A stretch of 63,974 bases of DNA, the filler included, from Licmophora abbreviata (taxonomy: Eukaryota), in the NCBI GenBank assembly GCA_900291995.1. It is 12 parts of 12 records of this genome, joined end to end, with 100 filler letters (N's around TTAATTAATTAA, not from the genome) between each part and the next. Parts side by side here need not be neighbours in the genome. Positions count along the whole stretch, not along the records: positions 1 to 9,554 come from OLMU01003339.1; positions 9,655 to 11,353 come from OLMU01003342.1; 10 more parts are not named here. One strand, 5' to 3'. Position numbers and translations under genes: made by a program. Below are positions 1 to 10,877 of this stretch, piece by piece. Positions within the stretch are counted from its first letter, which is position 1, and each line of letters opens with the position of its first letter. The notes below the pieces were generated by a model. That model did no database searches. It had not been told where the DNA came from and saw only the letters and a program-made list of their open reading frames with translations.

Positions 1-438
1 GGAAGGTGTCAGTCAGTCCGTCGCTACCGGGACTCTCGAAGATACGAAGATAGGACGACACGAACGTGCGAGTGCGTTCTCCCGCCGATGATTGATGAGT
101 ACCAGGTACAAAGAAGGTAGACTGAGACAACGACGACAAAAGGCCTATCATCTTATCCAGGACGATGCAGTATATCAGGAAAGGAACTCGCGTGTACGCA
201 CTGTTCGTGCTCCTTCTTGCGGTGTCAGTGGGAGTCGATGGATTCAGGTAAAAGAAGAGAGAGTTTCGCGATTATTTAGTTCGATTTCGGACCCACTGAT
301 AGAATTGCCACGTGGTGTGATGGTTCTTCTCTGTAGAGTTCCTTCTTCTCCTTCTTACACCTTAGTCTGCTTCTCTTTTTCTTTTGTTGCACTTTCTTCT
401 ATTTTATATTTTACAGCACAAACACCAACGCACATCCC

Positions 439-1526
439 GTGAGACTGCTGCCGGGTCTTGGCAGGACGCGAGCAGAGCTTTACTCGACTAGTCGTACTCC
501 ATGGATGGGACGATCCTCGCTATCCTCGCTCTCTGCCAACAACAACAATAAACACACAAACAGCAAACCTTGGACAAGCTGGCGCTGGGGAAGCAACAGC
601 AACGACGACACTATGTCGTCTTCCGACACAACAGCAAAGAATCATCATCGCCGCAGTCCAAAACAACTCGCAGTCGCCACAGCCATTGTTGGCGCAATAG
701 CTTTGTCCCTGCCTTCCGAAACACTGGCTGTGGGCTTGGAGACAGCCAATACACTCGCGTCGTCGACATCGGTCTTTTGGGAAAGTTTGGCGCAGACTGG
801 TTTCTATCAGGCCTTTACCTTGGTATTTTTGAGTGAGATTGGGGACAAGACCTTTTTCATTGCGGGTCTGCTCGCCATGAAGACCTCCAGGTTGATATCC
901 TTTGTTGGATCCATGGCGGCACTGGGGGCCATGACGGTTGTTTCGGTTCTCATTGGACAGGTCTTTCATGCGGTGCCTACTGGTGTCACCAATACGCTCC
1001 CGCTCGACGATGTGGCTGCTGTATTAGCATTCACATTCTTTGGACTCAAGACACTCAAGGATGCCATTGACATGGATCCGGAGGAATCGGTCATGGACGA
1101 AGAGCTGGCAGAAGCAGAAGAGACGGTGGAGGGAAGCAATACAGCGAAATTGGCGTCGGCATGGTATGTGTGTTGGATTGTGTGCTTCCGTCGTGATGCT
1201 CGCACACACTTTTTGTCTCATGCATCATCCATCCATCATCATATTGTTGATAACTCGACTTCAGGGGACAAGCACTGAGCATCTTTGGGTTGGTCTTTGC
1301 CGCCGAGTTTGGGGATCGTTCGTTCCTTTCTACCATTGCACTGTCTGCTGCCCAGAATCCAGTGAGTGTTGCTGGAGGGGCTATTGCTGCGCATGCGGCC
1401 GCAACTGGCATTGCCGTCTCGGGTGGATCCTTTGTGGCAAAGTACATTTCGGAAAAGGTCATTGGTATCATTGGTGGTTCGTTGTTTTTGGTGTTTGCCT
1501 TGACGACGGCGATTGGTATTTTCTAG
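439..1526 (+). CDS. GDT1/TMEM165 (UPF0016) Ca2+/Mn2+ transporter; intron 1164..1264; N-terminus unresolved
   Basis: Both UPF0016 signatures are present ([16 protein letters not shown]). The GT..AG intron 1164..1264 joins the two ORFs in frame (..[22 protein letters not shown]). A polypyrimidine tract ending in AG at 416 suggests a further upstream exon. Confidence 0.9.
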
Positions 1527-2049
1527 TAGAGTAGCTATGATATAATATGCATTCTACTGTTATTGTGTGCTATGATAGCCATTGTACCTGCACTGTGGAG
1601 CTGTGATTCTACCTGAGAGCTAAACAGCCAATGTCTGAAGCACCATCGCTCGGTCAACTCATACCTTTGATGAATTTGTGCGACGTGGAGTCCATTCAAT
1701 CAATATGAAGCGTGTAGTCTGCCAGGTACATGTAACTGTGTTGGTGGTTACTGGGGTGCCACCTGAAAGTCCAGTATCGTATGATAAAACTTGGATGACG
1801 TCCAGAGTCTGAAATCGGATGGCATCTCTTGGAAAAACACGTCACAGCTTCAGACGTTGCTTCAACCGTAATGGGTCATGAGTGAAGTCTTACGTAGAAA
1901 TTGTGTATGTCGCTCCCGTAGACAAAACGCGCGCTCGTGTTCGGTGCCATCGTCGACGTTTGAGGAAGACGCAAGCACGAAGTGTTTGTTCTGTTCATCA
2001 CGCTGTGTTCACTCACACTTTGACTTTGACCAAAAAACCAAATTGAAGC

Positions 2050-4799
2050 ATGAAGTTTTCGACTTTGGCACTGGCCTTGGTTCTGGCACCGGCGGCGCTT
2101 TCGTTCACGTGAGTTTTGAGCTAGAGTAGTCAAGTGCAAGTGCAAGTGCGAGTGCGAAGTGCGAGTGCGTGTGTCATGGTGATGCTACGCTCCGACGTTT
2201 CTCGAAGCAAGGGTGGTCATTTTTGAAGACAACGAGATGCGCCAGTCTATTCCTCACTTCTTCCCTTCTCGTCGTTCTTTGTGCTTGCCACAACAGTGCG
2301 CCGTCCATCAAGAGCAAGAATGTTGGCACAGCTTTCACACGGGCTCCCTCTGCTCTTTACACTGCTACAGTCTCCGAGGTACGCCTAGCTACTGTCCCTG
2401 GCAGCTGTACATACTACACTCTACCATGTTCCTTTTGCTCATTCGTCTGTCCGCGTTGCATGCTACCGTGTCTCCTCCCTTGATCTCTCTCTCTCTCTCC
2501 TTTGCCACAGACGACTGCATCAGACCCCGCAGTGGTGATGCGTCCTCCCATCAACTTGGAGTGGGACAAAATTAGCGCACAGCTTCAGGAGAGTTTCGGA
2601 TACAGTGCGGACGAGGTTGCTGCCTACAGTGATGCGCTTGAGGGCGACAAGGACGCTCTCATGAAGCTCTACCGCGCCATGACCATGGCTCGTGGCTTTG
2701 AGAACGCTTGCAACCAGCAGTACATGCAGGGCAAGATTCGGGGATTCATGCATCTTGACAATGGACAGGAGAGTATTCCTGGACTTGTCGATTATGCCAT
2801 CAAGAAGCAGGATATCAAGTACTCCTACTACCGTGAGCACACGCACGCCATTGCCAGTGGGGTTGACCCTGGTCTGGTTATGGCTGAGCTCTTCATGAAG
2901 GATGGCGGTACATGCCGAGGTGCCGGTGGATCCATGCACATTTTTGACAAGGAGTCATACTTCCAGGGTGGATGGGCTCTTGTCGCGGAGCAGCTTCCGT
3001 ATGCTTGTGGTGCTGCCAAGAGTATTCTCCTTGATCGCAAGTTGGGACTCTCTGACAACGAAGATATCGAAAAGCAGAATGTGGCGCCCCCGGCCGACGA
3101 CGACCGCATCGCCATGGTCTTTGTTGGAGAAGGAGGTGCTCAGAACGGACGTACCGCTGAGTTGCTCAACTCTGCCTCCAAAGACAATCTTCCTCTCCTT
3201 TTCCTTGTGATCGACAACGGCCGTGCCATTAACACCTTCACTCCGGACATTGCTCAGAACGGCAAAGTGTATGAAGCTGGAAAGCACTACGGAGTCCCTG
3301 GACTTATCGTTGACGGAAACAGCCCTTCGGATGTTGCCAAGGGAGGCAAGGCCGTTATCGACTACATTCGCCAGGGCAAGGGACCCGCCATCTTGCAGGT
3401 CCACACCTACCGCTTCAACGGACATTCCCCTGCTGACCCTGAACACGAACGTGGTCGTAAGGAGGAGAAGGCTTGGGCTCGAGATTCGCAGGATCCGATC
3501 AAGGCATTCGAGGCCAAGTATATCGGGAGCGGAATGTTCGCAGAGGAAGAATTGAAAGAGGCCCGAAAAGAAATCCTCGCTGAAGTGAAGGAAGCGGTCA
3601 AGTTCGCCGACAGCTCCCCCATGCCCCCCGTGGAGCTTGCCAAGGAGCTCGAGTACCCCGACGTGCCTGAAACGGACTATAATGCCAAATCTGGACCCGC
3701 ATGGGCCGAGGAAGTGAACTCGCGCACCATTGGTGCTGACCAGATGGAAACGATCCAGGCTCACATTGATGCTCTGCAAGAGAAGGCTCGCACTGGTGAC
3801 CTATCCATTGGTGACGCTATCAACCTTGCCATCCATGAAGAAATGCTTCGCGATCCCACCACCACTATCCATGCAGAGGATCTCCAGGCCGGCTCATCGT
3901 ATGATATTCCCAAGCTCACTCAGCAGACCTATGGTCAGATCCGAGCTGCCGACGAGATCATTGACGAGGGTCACTTCATTGGAAAAGCTCTCGGAGAGGC
4001 CATGAATGGCTACCGCCCAATTGTTGAGTTGATGAACACGAACTTTGGTATTTATGGAATGGCAGAGATCAGCTCAGCTGGAAACACCTATGCAACGACC
4101 GGGGGGCAATTCGATATGCCAATGACCATCATTGGTGCTGGTGGAACCGCTCCCAATCAGGCTCTCGGAGCCGAGCACAGCCAGCCTTTCCACGCGTACG
4201 TGATGGGAATTCCGGGGCTCAAGATCTGTACTGCCGCTTCTCCGGATGCTGCTTATGGAATCACAAAGAGTATGATTCGTGATAACGGTCCGTGCTTCCT
4301 CTTTGCGCCTGTCAAAATGATGAAGGAGGCCAAGGGCACGGTCGACCTTGGAAAGTGTCTGCCCCTCAACAAGGCCGAGCTCCTTCATGAAGCATCCGCC
4401 GAGAGTGTTCAGGCTGGAAAGGCGGTCACCGTTTTGACTTACCTCCACGGGGTCAAGGAATCGCAGATGTCAATTGAAGCGATCCAAGAGGAAGGCTTCG
4501 ACATTGACCTCATTGAACTTCGCACATTGAAGCCTCTTGATATGGACACGATTGCCAAGAGTCTTTCCCGCACACACAAGATGTGCATTCTCGATGAGTC
4601 TACCAAGTCAGGTGGGGTTGGAGCCACAATCAGTGCGAGAGTATCGGAAGAACTGTTCGATCTTCTCGATGCTCCGGTCAACCGTCTTTGTATGGACGAT
4701 GCCCCAGTTCCGTATGCGTCCAGCATGGAGAAGGCCGTCGTCAAGCGCGGGAGCGATTTGATTGAAGGGGTGTTTAATATCTGTACGAACAAATGGTAA
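2050..4799 (+). CDS. pdhA/pdhB: Plastid pyruvate dehydrogenase E1, alpha and beta subunits fused in one ORF; exons 2050..2108, 2297..2378, 2511..4799
   Basis: Alpha motifs IRGFMHLDNGQE, GGSMH, TYRFNGHSPADP. Beta motifs RPIVELM, GAEHSQ, IELRTLKPLD, DAPVPYA. Spliced N-terminus MKFSTLALALVLAPAALS|FTAP is a signal peptide plus ASAF-like motif. Both introns are GT-AG and preserve frame. Confidence 0.93.
2132..2170 (+). repeat. Degenerate (RAGTGC)n hexamer microsatellite in PDH intron 1
   Basis: aagtgc aagtgc aagtgc gagtgc gaagtgc gagtgc read directly. Confidence 0.7.
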
Positions 4800-4924
4800 A
4801 ACTCTGGCTATCTGAACGGAAACATATAAATAGGTGCTCGTATTTTAGATGATGTTTTCATATCATTCTACAGTGGCGATTGACAATCTCGTGCGCGAAC
4901 GGTTGTCATTGTCGTGAATACTTC

Positions 4925-7420
4925 TCAAGCATGAGAGAACGACGTCATGCGCTGAAACCCCCACGAACGAGGAACAGCTTCGTTCGAATCGCCCTTCGCT
5001 TCAGGTTCGGATTCAGGCTTCGTTTCGTCCACGTTAGATGCTGATTCACCTTCCTGGACTTCCTCCCATTCCTCCGCGCCCCCAACCGTTTCGACATGCA
5101 GAAGCGATGCGGGAGCTACGTCACTGTTTGTTTCGTTCAAGGATCCCATTTGACTGGTGTCATCGTGGGCGCACGATTCAGAGTCGCTGGTAAAAAAGCT
5201 ACTCGTGCTGTCTGGAATTTCGGCTTCGTAGCCACCTCCCTCGACGTCGATGCTTGCAGCTAGATCGGTTTGGTCAATACTGTCTTTCTCGCCCCACAGG
5301 CGTTGTCTACTGTGATAGAAGCCAGCTCCAAGGAGATACACAATGCTTGGAATAATCACCAAAAGTCCTAGGATGCCAAGTCCGACGCGTGCATCCAAAT
5401 CGCCGGGCAATACGTCAAACATCACTCCAAGTACAACAACCAGCATAATACTTCCATGAAGAGCGAGGTCGACCGTTTGATTTCGAAAGATGAAGCTGGC
5501 AGTGAAAACATCGACATGATTGGTAGACACGTCTTGGAAGTAAGGCGATTGCTTCCACTGAGCAGCACCAGAAAGTAGAGAGACCACTGCAATGAAGGCA
5601 AGGCTCAGCGACGGTGCATCCTGAAAGAATACCACCATGTTGACGTACGCAAACTTGCGAGCAAGCACGAAGGCGCTCCACCACCACCGATCCACGCGAT
5701 AAGGAAGCAGAAATAGGTGCGTCATTTCGCCGAGTACAGTCGGATGTTCGATGCGTCCAGTTGATTCCTCTACTTGGTCATGGTAACGATACGACAAGAA
5801 TCCGAGGAATGCCGGGAGGCCGAGTCCATAGATCATCACTCCGAGAAGTCCGAGCAGAGCAATCACTTTGTCTTTCGCGTCCCCGTTGCCAAAGCAAAAC
5901 CAGTCAATCTCACGGTCCTCCAGCCCATCCTCGCCAAGCAGCTGGACTGAAGAGCATGTCACAGCCTCAAGGGAGGTCAGCACGAGTTTCATGTACCCAA
6001 AGAAGAGACCGAGACAGACCACGCGGAGAACAGTCTTCAGATTCCGACGAAAGTCATTCTTCTTGCTTCGGCCAAGAGCAAAGGACAGATAGATGCAGCA
6101 TATCGCAATCGTGCTCAGGATCACAGGGAGCATCAAAAGAACGGCATGGCTGCCCTGTGGGCTGAACCCCAAGTGACATTGCATCGGTGAGATGATGTCA
6201 AAGTCCAGGCCAAAGAGTGCTGCGAACGCAAAAATGATCTCCAAGACTCGAGGCCACAGTACGTGAGTGATGCCGACCAAGGATAAGACTTGGAAGAACT
6301 CCACTCCAATAAACAACACCGCAGAGCAGCATGGTGCCGTGACGATGAAAAAGGCAATGAGACTGAGCACAACCAGGATGAAGAGCGCTGCGAGCGCGAT
6401 GGTTCGCAGCAAAGACGGGCATTCTGCACACTGTCCATGCAGCGCAAACTCATCCCCAGCAAGACAAACTTGATTTCCATTGTCTCGAAGAGCACCGTTG
6501 ACAACAGTCACTGTCGACGGCGCAGCTGACGGACTGGCTGAGGGTACACTAGACGGTGCAAGCGATGGTGACGTGCTCGGTGACATTGACGGGGCCAAAC
6601 TTGGAAGCGCGGAAGGTTCGACGCTTGGAGGCACGGAAGGTTCCAAACTTGGAAATGAACTGGGCACATTCGACGGCTGTAGAGAAGGACGCAAACTTGG
6701 CGCAAACGATCCGGTTATGGATGGTGTGGACGACGGAGCTCCTGTCGGCGTTTCAGAAGGTACAGAGGTAGGTGTCGACGACGGACCCGCGGACGGCTGT
6801 ACAGATGGGCCCACAGACGGACTCGCCGTCGGAGTTGCAGACGGGAGTGAAGAAGGAGCCAGAGACGGTGTCGAGGAAGGAGCAGAGCTCGGACTTGCAG
6901 TTGGTGCCAGCGATGGCGTGAGTGACGGACTTGCGGAAGGAAAACTCGAGGGAGGTGCAGTTGGAGCAGCGGATGGCGCTGCAGAAGGACCCGCGAGATG
7001 GCAAATGTCAGGATCGAGGACAGCGTTGGCGCCTAGCCCGTTGTAGCCTTGAGTACATGACTTGCAGAAGGCCTGTCCTTCGAGATCTTGGTAGAAGCCA
7101 GAGGGACATAGACCACAAGCAGAAAGACCAGTTCGACCGCCGAAGCTCCCGGGTTCGCACAGAGTGCAGGATGCAGCCTCGGTGATGCCGGAGTACGATC
7201 CGACAGCGCAAGAGAAGCTGTCGTTCGAGCCGTTGGGACTGTATCGACCCACTCCGACGGGAACACAGACTCGAAGATCGCCACTCACGACAAGATCATC
7301 TTGGTTCCAGCAGCCAGGCCCGCAAGCTCCCACGGTGTTGACACACACAGCCTGGACAGAGGAAGTGCTTGCCGCGAGAAGGGAAATAGCAAAGAGAGAT
7401 GTTTTGCAGGACTTCATCAT
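4925..7420 (-). CDS. Cell-surface multi-pass membrane protein: signal peptide, Cys-rich (ephrin-receptor-like/GCC2-GCC3 type) repeats, Pro/Ser-rich stalk, multi-TM domain, acidic cytoplasmic tail
   Basis: MMKSCKTSLFAISLLAASTSSVQA signal; CxxGxY/F...CxxC repeats; (PSxx)n stalk of about 160 aa; many hydrophobic segments including PYRVDRWWW..VLARK. Confidence 0.8.
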   Translation of the reverse strand: MMKSCKTSLFAISLLAASTSSVQAVCVNTVGACGPGCWNQDDLVVSGDLRVCVPVGVGRYSPNGSNDSFSCAVGSYSGITEAASCTLCEPGSFGGRTGLSACGLCPSGFYQDLEGQAFCKSCTQGYNGLGANAVLDPDICHLAGPSAAPSAAPTAPPSSFPSASPSLTPSLAPTASPSSAPSSTPSLAPSSLPSATPTASPSVGPSVQPSAGPSSTPTSVPSETPTGAPSSTPSITGSFAPSLRPSLQPSNVPSSFPSLEPSVPPSVEPSALPSLAPSMSPSTSPSLAPSSVPSASPSAAPSTVTVVNGALRDNGNQVCLAGDEFALHGQCAECPSLLRTIALAALFILVVLSLIAFFIVTAPCCSAVLFIGVEFFQVLSLVGITHVLWPRVLEIIFAFAALFGLDFDIISPMQCHLGFSPQGSHAVLLMLPVILSTIAICCIYLSFALGRSKKNDFRRNLKTVLRVVCLGLFFGYMKLVLTSLEAVTCSSVQLLGEDGLEDREIDWFCFGNGDAKDKVIALLGLLGVMIYGLGLPAFLGFLSYRYHDQVEESTGRIEHPTVLGEMTHLFLLPYRVDRWWWSAFVLARKFAYVNMVVFFQDAPSLSLAFIAVVSLLSGAAQWKQSPYFQDVSTNHVDVFTASFIFRNQTVDLALHGSIMLVVVLGVMFDVLPGDLDARVGLGILGLLVIIPSIVYLLGAGFYHSRQRLWGEKDSIDQTDLAASIDVEGGGYEAEIPDSTSSFFTSDSESCAHDDTSQMGSLNETNSDVAPASLLHVETVGGAEEWEEVQEGESASNVDETKPESEPEAKGDSNEAVPRSWGFQRMTSFSHA

Positions 7421-7780
7421 GACGATTTTGCACGAGATCCGAGATTGTGAGACCCGAAATTGTGAGAGCCACACACTGGCGAGCGCTGACGAGCGCCATC
7501 GTTGATGCTCCGGTTTCCAAAACCTACATCATCCTGGATTCATTGTGTTGCAAAAGGACCTCAAATGTCACATCGTCATGGGCGTCGAGTGTGAGATTGG
7601 TTTGCGCCCCGTTTCGCGGGTTCCTTCCAAACACGGACGGCGGTCAGAGCGTCATTTTCAACCCGATTTCGCGTCGACCAACACGGACTGCTGTGTTATC
7701 TTCCTGGTACAGTAAGCTCAAGTTCAAAGATCTAGAAAATGTCGTTACCAGGTAAACTACACCTTCTTATTTACAATTCT

Positions 7781-9439
7781 CTAGTAGCTTGTGAATAGTC
7801 TGTTCTCAAGTTGGGATTTCATGCTTCTTGAGACTTGCGCTCGACGTATCCTATGCGCCCAGAGCTCCATAGAAGACATGAAGGCATGCTCGCCGCTGTC
7901 AATGACCATATGGTCTCCGAGTGACACCCATCCAATCGTCTTGTCAAAAAGCGCCAGGCACTTCTTTTGTCGACGTTCCACTTCTTCCTGCGGGATCTCT
8001 CTCAACAGCCGCGGCAGATCGATAATTCTGGCCTCCGAAACAGTCACAAGACAGCCGCTCCAGTCGACCTCGGGCGCAAACGGCGGAAGGAATTCGGGTG
8101 TAACGACCGGAATTGATCCCAGTCCCAGAGCCTCCGCAAAACGAAACGAATTGACCGACATCCCGCCAGGACAAAAGGCGAAAGTGGCGTTCGAAAGCAG
8201 CTCATTGTAATCGAGATTTTCCGTATACTCTGGCTTGGCCTTGTAGCGAGCAACCCGTCCCCAACACGTCGCATCTATAGCGACATCCGGATCGATGGTC
8301 GTATTCCAGTACTCGTATGCCAGATAGCGATGATGCCACCAAGGGTGCGGCCAATGAGCAGAGATTTTGCCTTTGTAGCCCAACAGCCATCGTCTCCTCG
8401 TCTGAAGCGCTGCTTTACCAGGAAGATCTTTCGGTACTGAAAATTCGGTTTGCAAAGTGTGAAATTGACCTCGAACTCGGGCCAGGGGGATATCGTAGTT
8501 TGTTCGAAGCATAGCATCCGTTTGAGCAGAAGTTGCGATGGCTGCCTTGCCATAGTTTGTTTCCTGAAAGGACCGCCCTGCATGCGCGTCAAAGCAATGG
8601 TTGCTCTGAAATACAAAGTGATTCTGGCCTTGATTCCATGTCTTGGATGCCGCTAAATCCTCAAAGTTCTCAAAGGCGTCGCATGTGACTACGAGCAAGC
8701 AAGCTGATTCTGCCAAGGATACTCTCTGAACTTTGCCGGGAAACAGTTCCGCGGCCCGCGTCACGTACTCTTCGCCCAGACTCGCCGCGGTCGAGTTTCC
8801 AATAACTGGATACGCAAAGACTGTCATCGGTCCCGCGTTCGAGCACCGCGACTGATCGAAGCAGAAGTCATCATCCCAATCGCATGGAACTTGTTCGTAC
8901 AGTTCCTTCGTATCGTACCAACTCAACAGACGCCTGGTCGGATGGTGGAAGGCGGTCGGGTCGAAGAAGGAGGATGACCGAGGCCGAGGATGACTATCCC
9001 ATGGGGTACCAGGAAACTCGGAACAAACCCCATTTGGAGCCAAGAGAGTGCAGTTCTCCCAAGCAATGGCCCCAGAAAGTCCACAGTCGCGACACATCCA
9101 CTTTTCCTCCTCGTATCGGCAACTCTTTCCAACTCGCAGGTCATCTTGTACCAGCCCATCGGCAACACAAACGTGTTCTTTCAAACTCTGCGTAGCTACT
9201 ATCGGTTTGACGGTGATGGGTTCAGCGATAGGAAGTGTGGATTTTGTAGACGTTGAAGCTTTTCGTAGATCTCGAGCAAAAAGTAGCGTCCAACTTTGAG
9301 AGTTCTCTAGAGATGACGCCCGGTCATCGCCACAGCTGCACGAAAGAAGGACAGTCGCAGCCACAAATATCCATGCAGCCCAGAGCACGAAGAAAGAGAC
9401 AGCAACGAAGTTCATGCTCCCTGATTGGTTTGTAGCCAT
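7781..9439 (-). CDS. Exostosin family (GT47) glycosyltransferase, type II membrane protein
   Basis: N-terminal TM; WNQGQNHFVF; YNELLSNATFAFCPGG; SFRFAEALGLGSIPVV; LPPFAPEVDW. Start uncertain (9439 or 9415). Confidence 0.88.
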   Translation of the reverse strand: MATNQSGSMNFVAVSFFVLWAAWIFVAATVLLSCSCGDDRASSLENSQSWTLLFARDLRKASTSTKSTLPIAEPITVKPIVATQSLKEHVCVADGLVQDDLRVGKSCRYEEEKWMCRDCGLSGAIAWENCTLLAPNGVCSEFPGTPWDSHPRPRSSSFFDPTAFHHPTRRLLSWYDTKELYEQVPCDWDDDFCFDQSRCSNAGPMTVFAYPVIGNSTAASLGEEYVTRAAELFPGKVQRVSLAESACLLVVTCDAFENFEDLAASKTWNQGQNHFVFQSNHCFDAHAGRSFQETNYGKAAIATSAQTDAMLRTNYDIPLARVRGQFHTLQTEFSVPKDLPGKAALQTRRRWLLGYKGKISAHWPHPWWHHRYLAYEYWNTTIDPDVAIDATCWGRVARYKAKPEYTENLDYNELLSNATFAFCPGGMSVNSFRFAEALGLGSIPVVTPEFLPPFAPEVDWSGCLVTVSEARIIDLPRLLREIPQEEVERRQKKCLALFDKTIGWVSLGDHMVIDSGEHAFMSSMELWAHRIRRAQVSRSMKSQLENRLFTSY

Positions 9440-9554
9440 GCAAACGTGGGCGCTTGCGGGGCGGGGGGCATCGAACAAAAAGGCTGAAGGTGGAGCGAGG
9501 ACCGACGAGGCCACGACGGTGAGTTGAGTTATCCAATTCGGGGTTCCGCTAAAA

Positions 9555-9654
9555 NNNNNNNNNNNNNNNNNNNNNNNNNNNNNNNNNNNNNNNNNNNNTT
9601 AATTAATTAANNNNNNNNNNNNNNNNNNNNNNNNNNNNNNNNNNNNNNNNNNNN
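9555..9654. other. Artificial contig spacer N44-TTAATTAATTAA-N44. Same spacer at 11354, 13030, 17939, 26401, 29202, 30328, 41930, 57359, 59345 and 61495 (each 100 nt).
   Basis: Identical 100-nt construct with stops in all six frames occurs 11 times. Confidence 0.98.
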
Positions 9655-9718
9655 AGGCCCTGCGCCGCACCACCCCGGCCGGACTGACGGTTCCCGATGA
9701 CTTGAACAGCAACGACAG

Positions 9719-10606
9719 ATGGATGATCAAGTATCCGGATGTCAAGACCATGCTACCGTCTTCTGGGTTCAGAAGTGGATCCGCAGCAAGCCCTTTCTCG
9801 CCAAACAGAACCCTCAGAATCTCTTCTCCTGGGGGAGTGTGACTGCCTTTGACAACAATATTAGCAGTGCGGCTGGCAATGCTGGCTATGCCAGTGGCAG
9901 CAGCTTCCGTCATGCCTTTGTCGACTATGCGGTCTGCCGTATTCTGCTCTCCGGCAGGACCATGGCGGATGGCCTGCCGGATGCCAGGGCCCAGGCCGGC
10001 TGGTCGGTGGTGTCGCGCTCCGTGAACATGTACCACTTGTCACTTGCCTACTGGATCCTCGAGCACCGCAACAATCCGGATTTCGATCTACCAAACCTTG
10101 ACGGCCTTGAGATCATGGAGCTCCATCCAAAGTTCCAAGGGATCCCCAACTATCTCGTGCCGGTTGCTGCTCCCAAGGATGGTGTTCCCGCCCTCATGGC
10201 CCGTTGGATTGCTGGTGGCAGCCCCTTGATGGAGCCTCCCGTCATGTTCCGTATGCGGAGGATTGCGAGCAACTGCGGAGAGCCGCCGGCCCTCGTCTAT
10301 GCCTGTCAGGGGCTGTGGCAAGCCGTGCGCCAAGCCAATGACGTGCAACACTTCCTGAATGCTCCCGGAGGATTGTTCCTTCCAAGGCTGCAGGCTTTGT
10401 CAACGAGGCTGTGGAATGTGCTTGGGGAAGCCGGTATCCTCGAGAGTTGGAACAATACTATGGATGACATGGAGGAGGATTTATCCGCTCGACAGATCCG
10501 TGCCAAGGTGTTGAGCTACTTTCTTTCTGTTTTTCGTGGAGAGAGAGTGCCTTGTTTCTTTTTGTGGAGAGTAGGGAGAGGAGAGGGAGAGCAGCTAACC
10601 GAGTGA
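9719..10606 (+). pseudogene. Unidentified protein-like ORF, probably part of a decayed gene or element
   Basis: 295-aa ORF with globular composition and no recognised motif. In-frame TGA just upstream (9698); downstream frames broken by stops and a 37-bp duplication. Confidence 0.35.
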
Positions 10607-10803
10607 GAATGGCCACCATCTGTTCCCCAACTGCTCTTGCCATGGGGGAGCGCGCCGAGACTCATCCGGATGTGTACAATGAGTTCTGCACGGCGCCGCT
10701 TGCTTGCCAGGATGGAGCGGGTGGTTCGCCTTTGGACTGAGTTCCATGCATACCAGGTCAATCATCATGGACCTGGTGCCGACCAGTTCCCCTTTTGGAA
10801 CAA

Positions 10804-10877
10804 ACGGCAGCCCATGGATGTGCCTGGTGCCATCCTTGCCACGGCAGCCCATGGATGTGCCTGGTGCCATCCTTGCC
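10804..10877 (+). repeat. Perfect 37-bp tandem duplication
   Basis: acggcagcccatggatgtgcctggtgccatccttgcc at 10804 and 10841. Confidence 0.95.

Noticed and set aside
2955..3779. Long antisense ORFs over PDH, and similar ones over the mucin, Cys-rich, PDS and bL12 genes
   Set aside because: Shadow frames caused by codon bias or low complexity of the true sense genes; no independent motifs.
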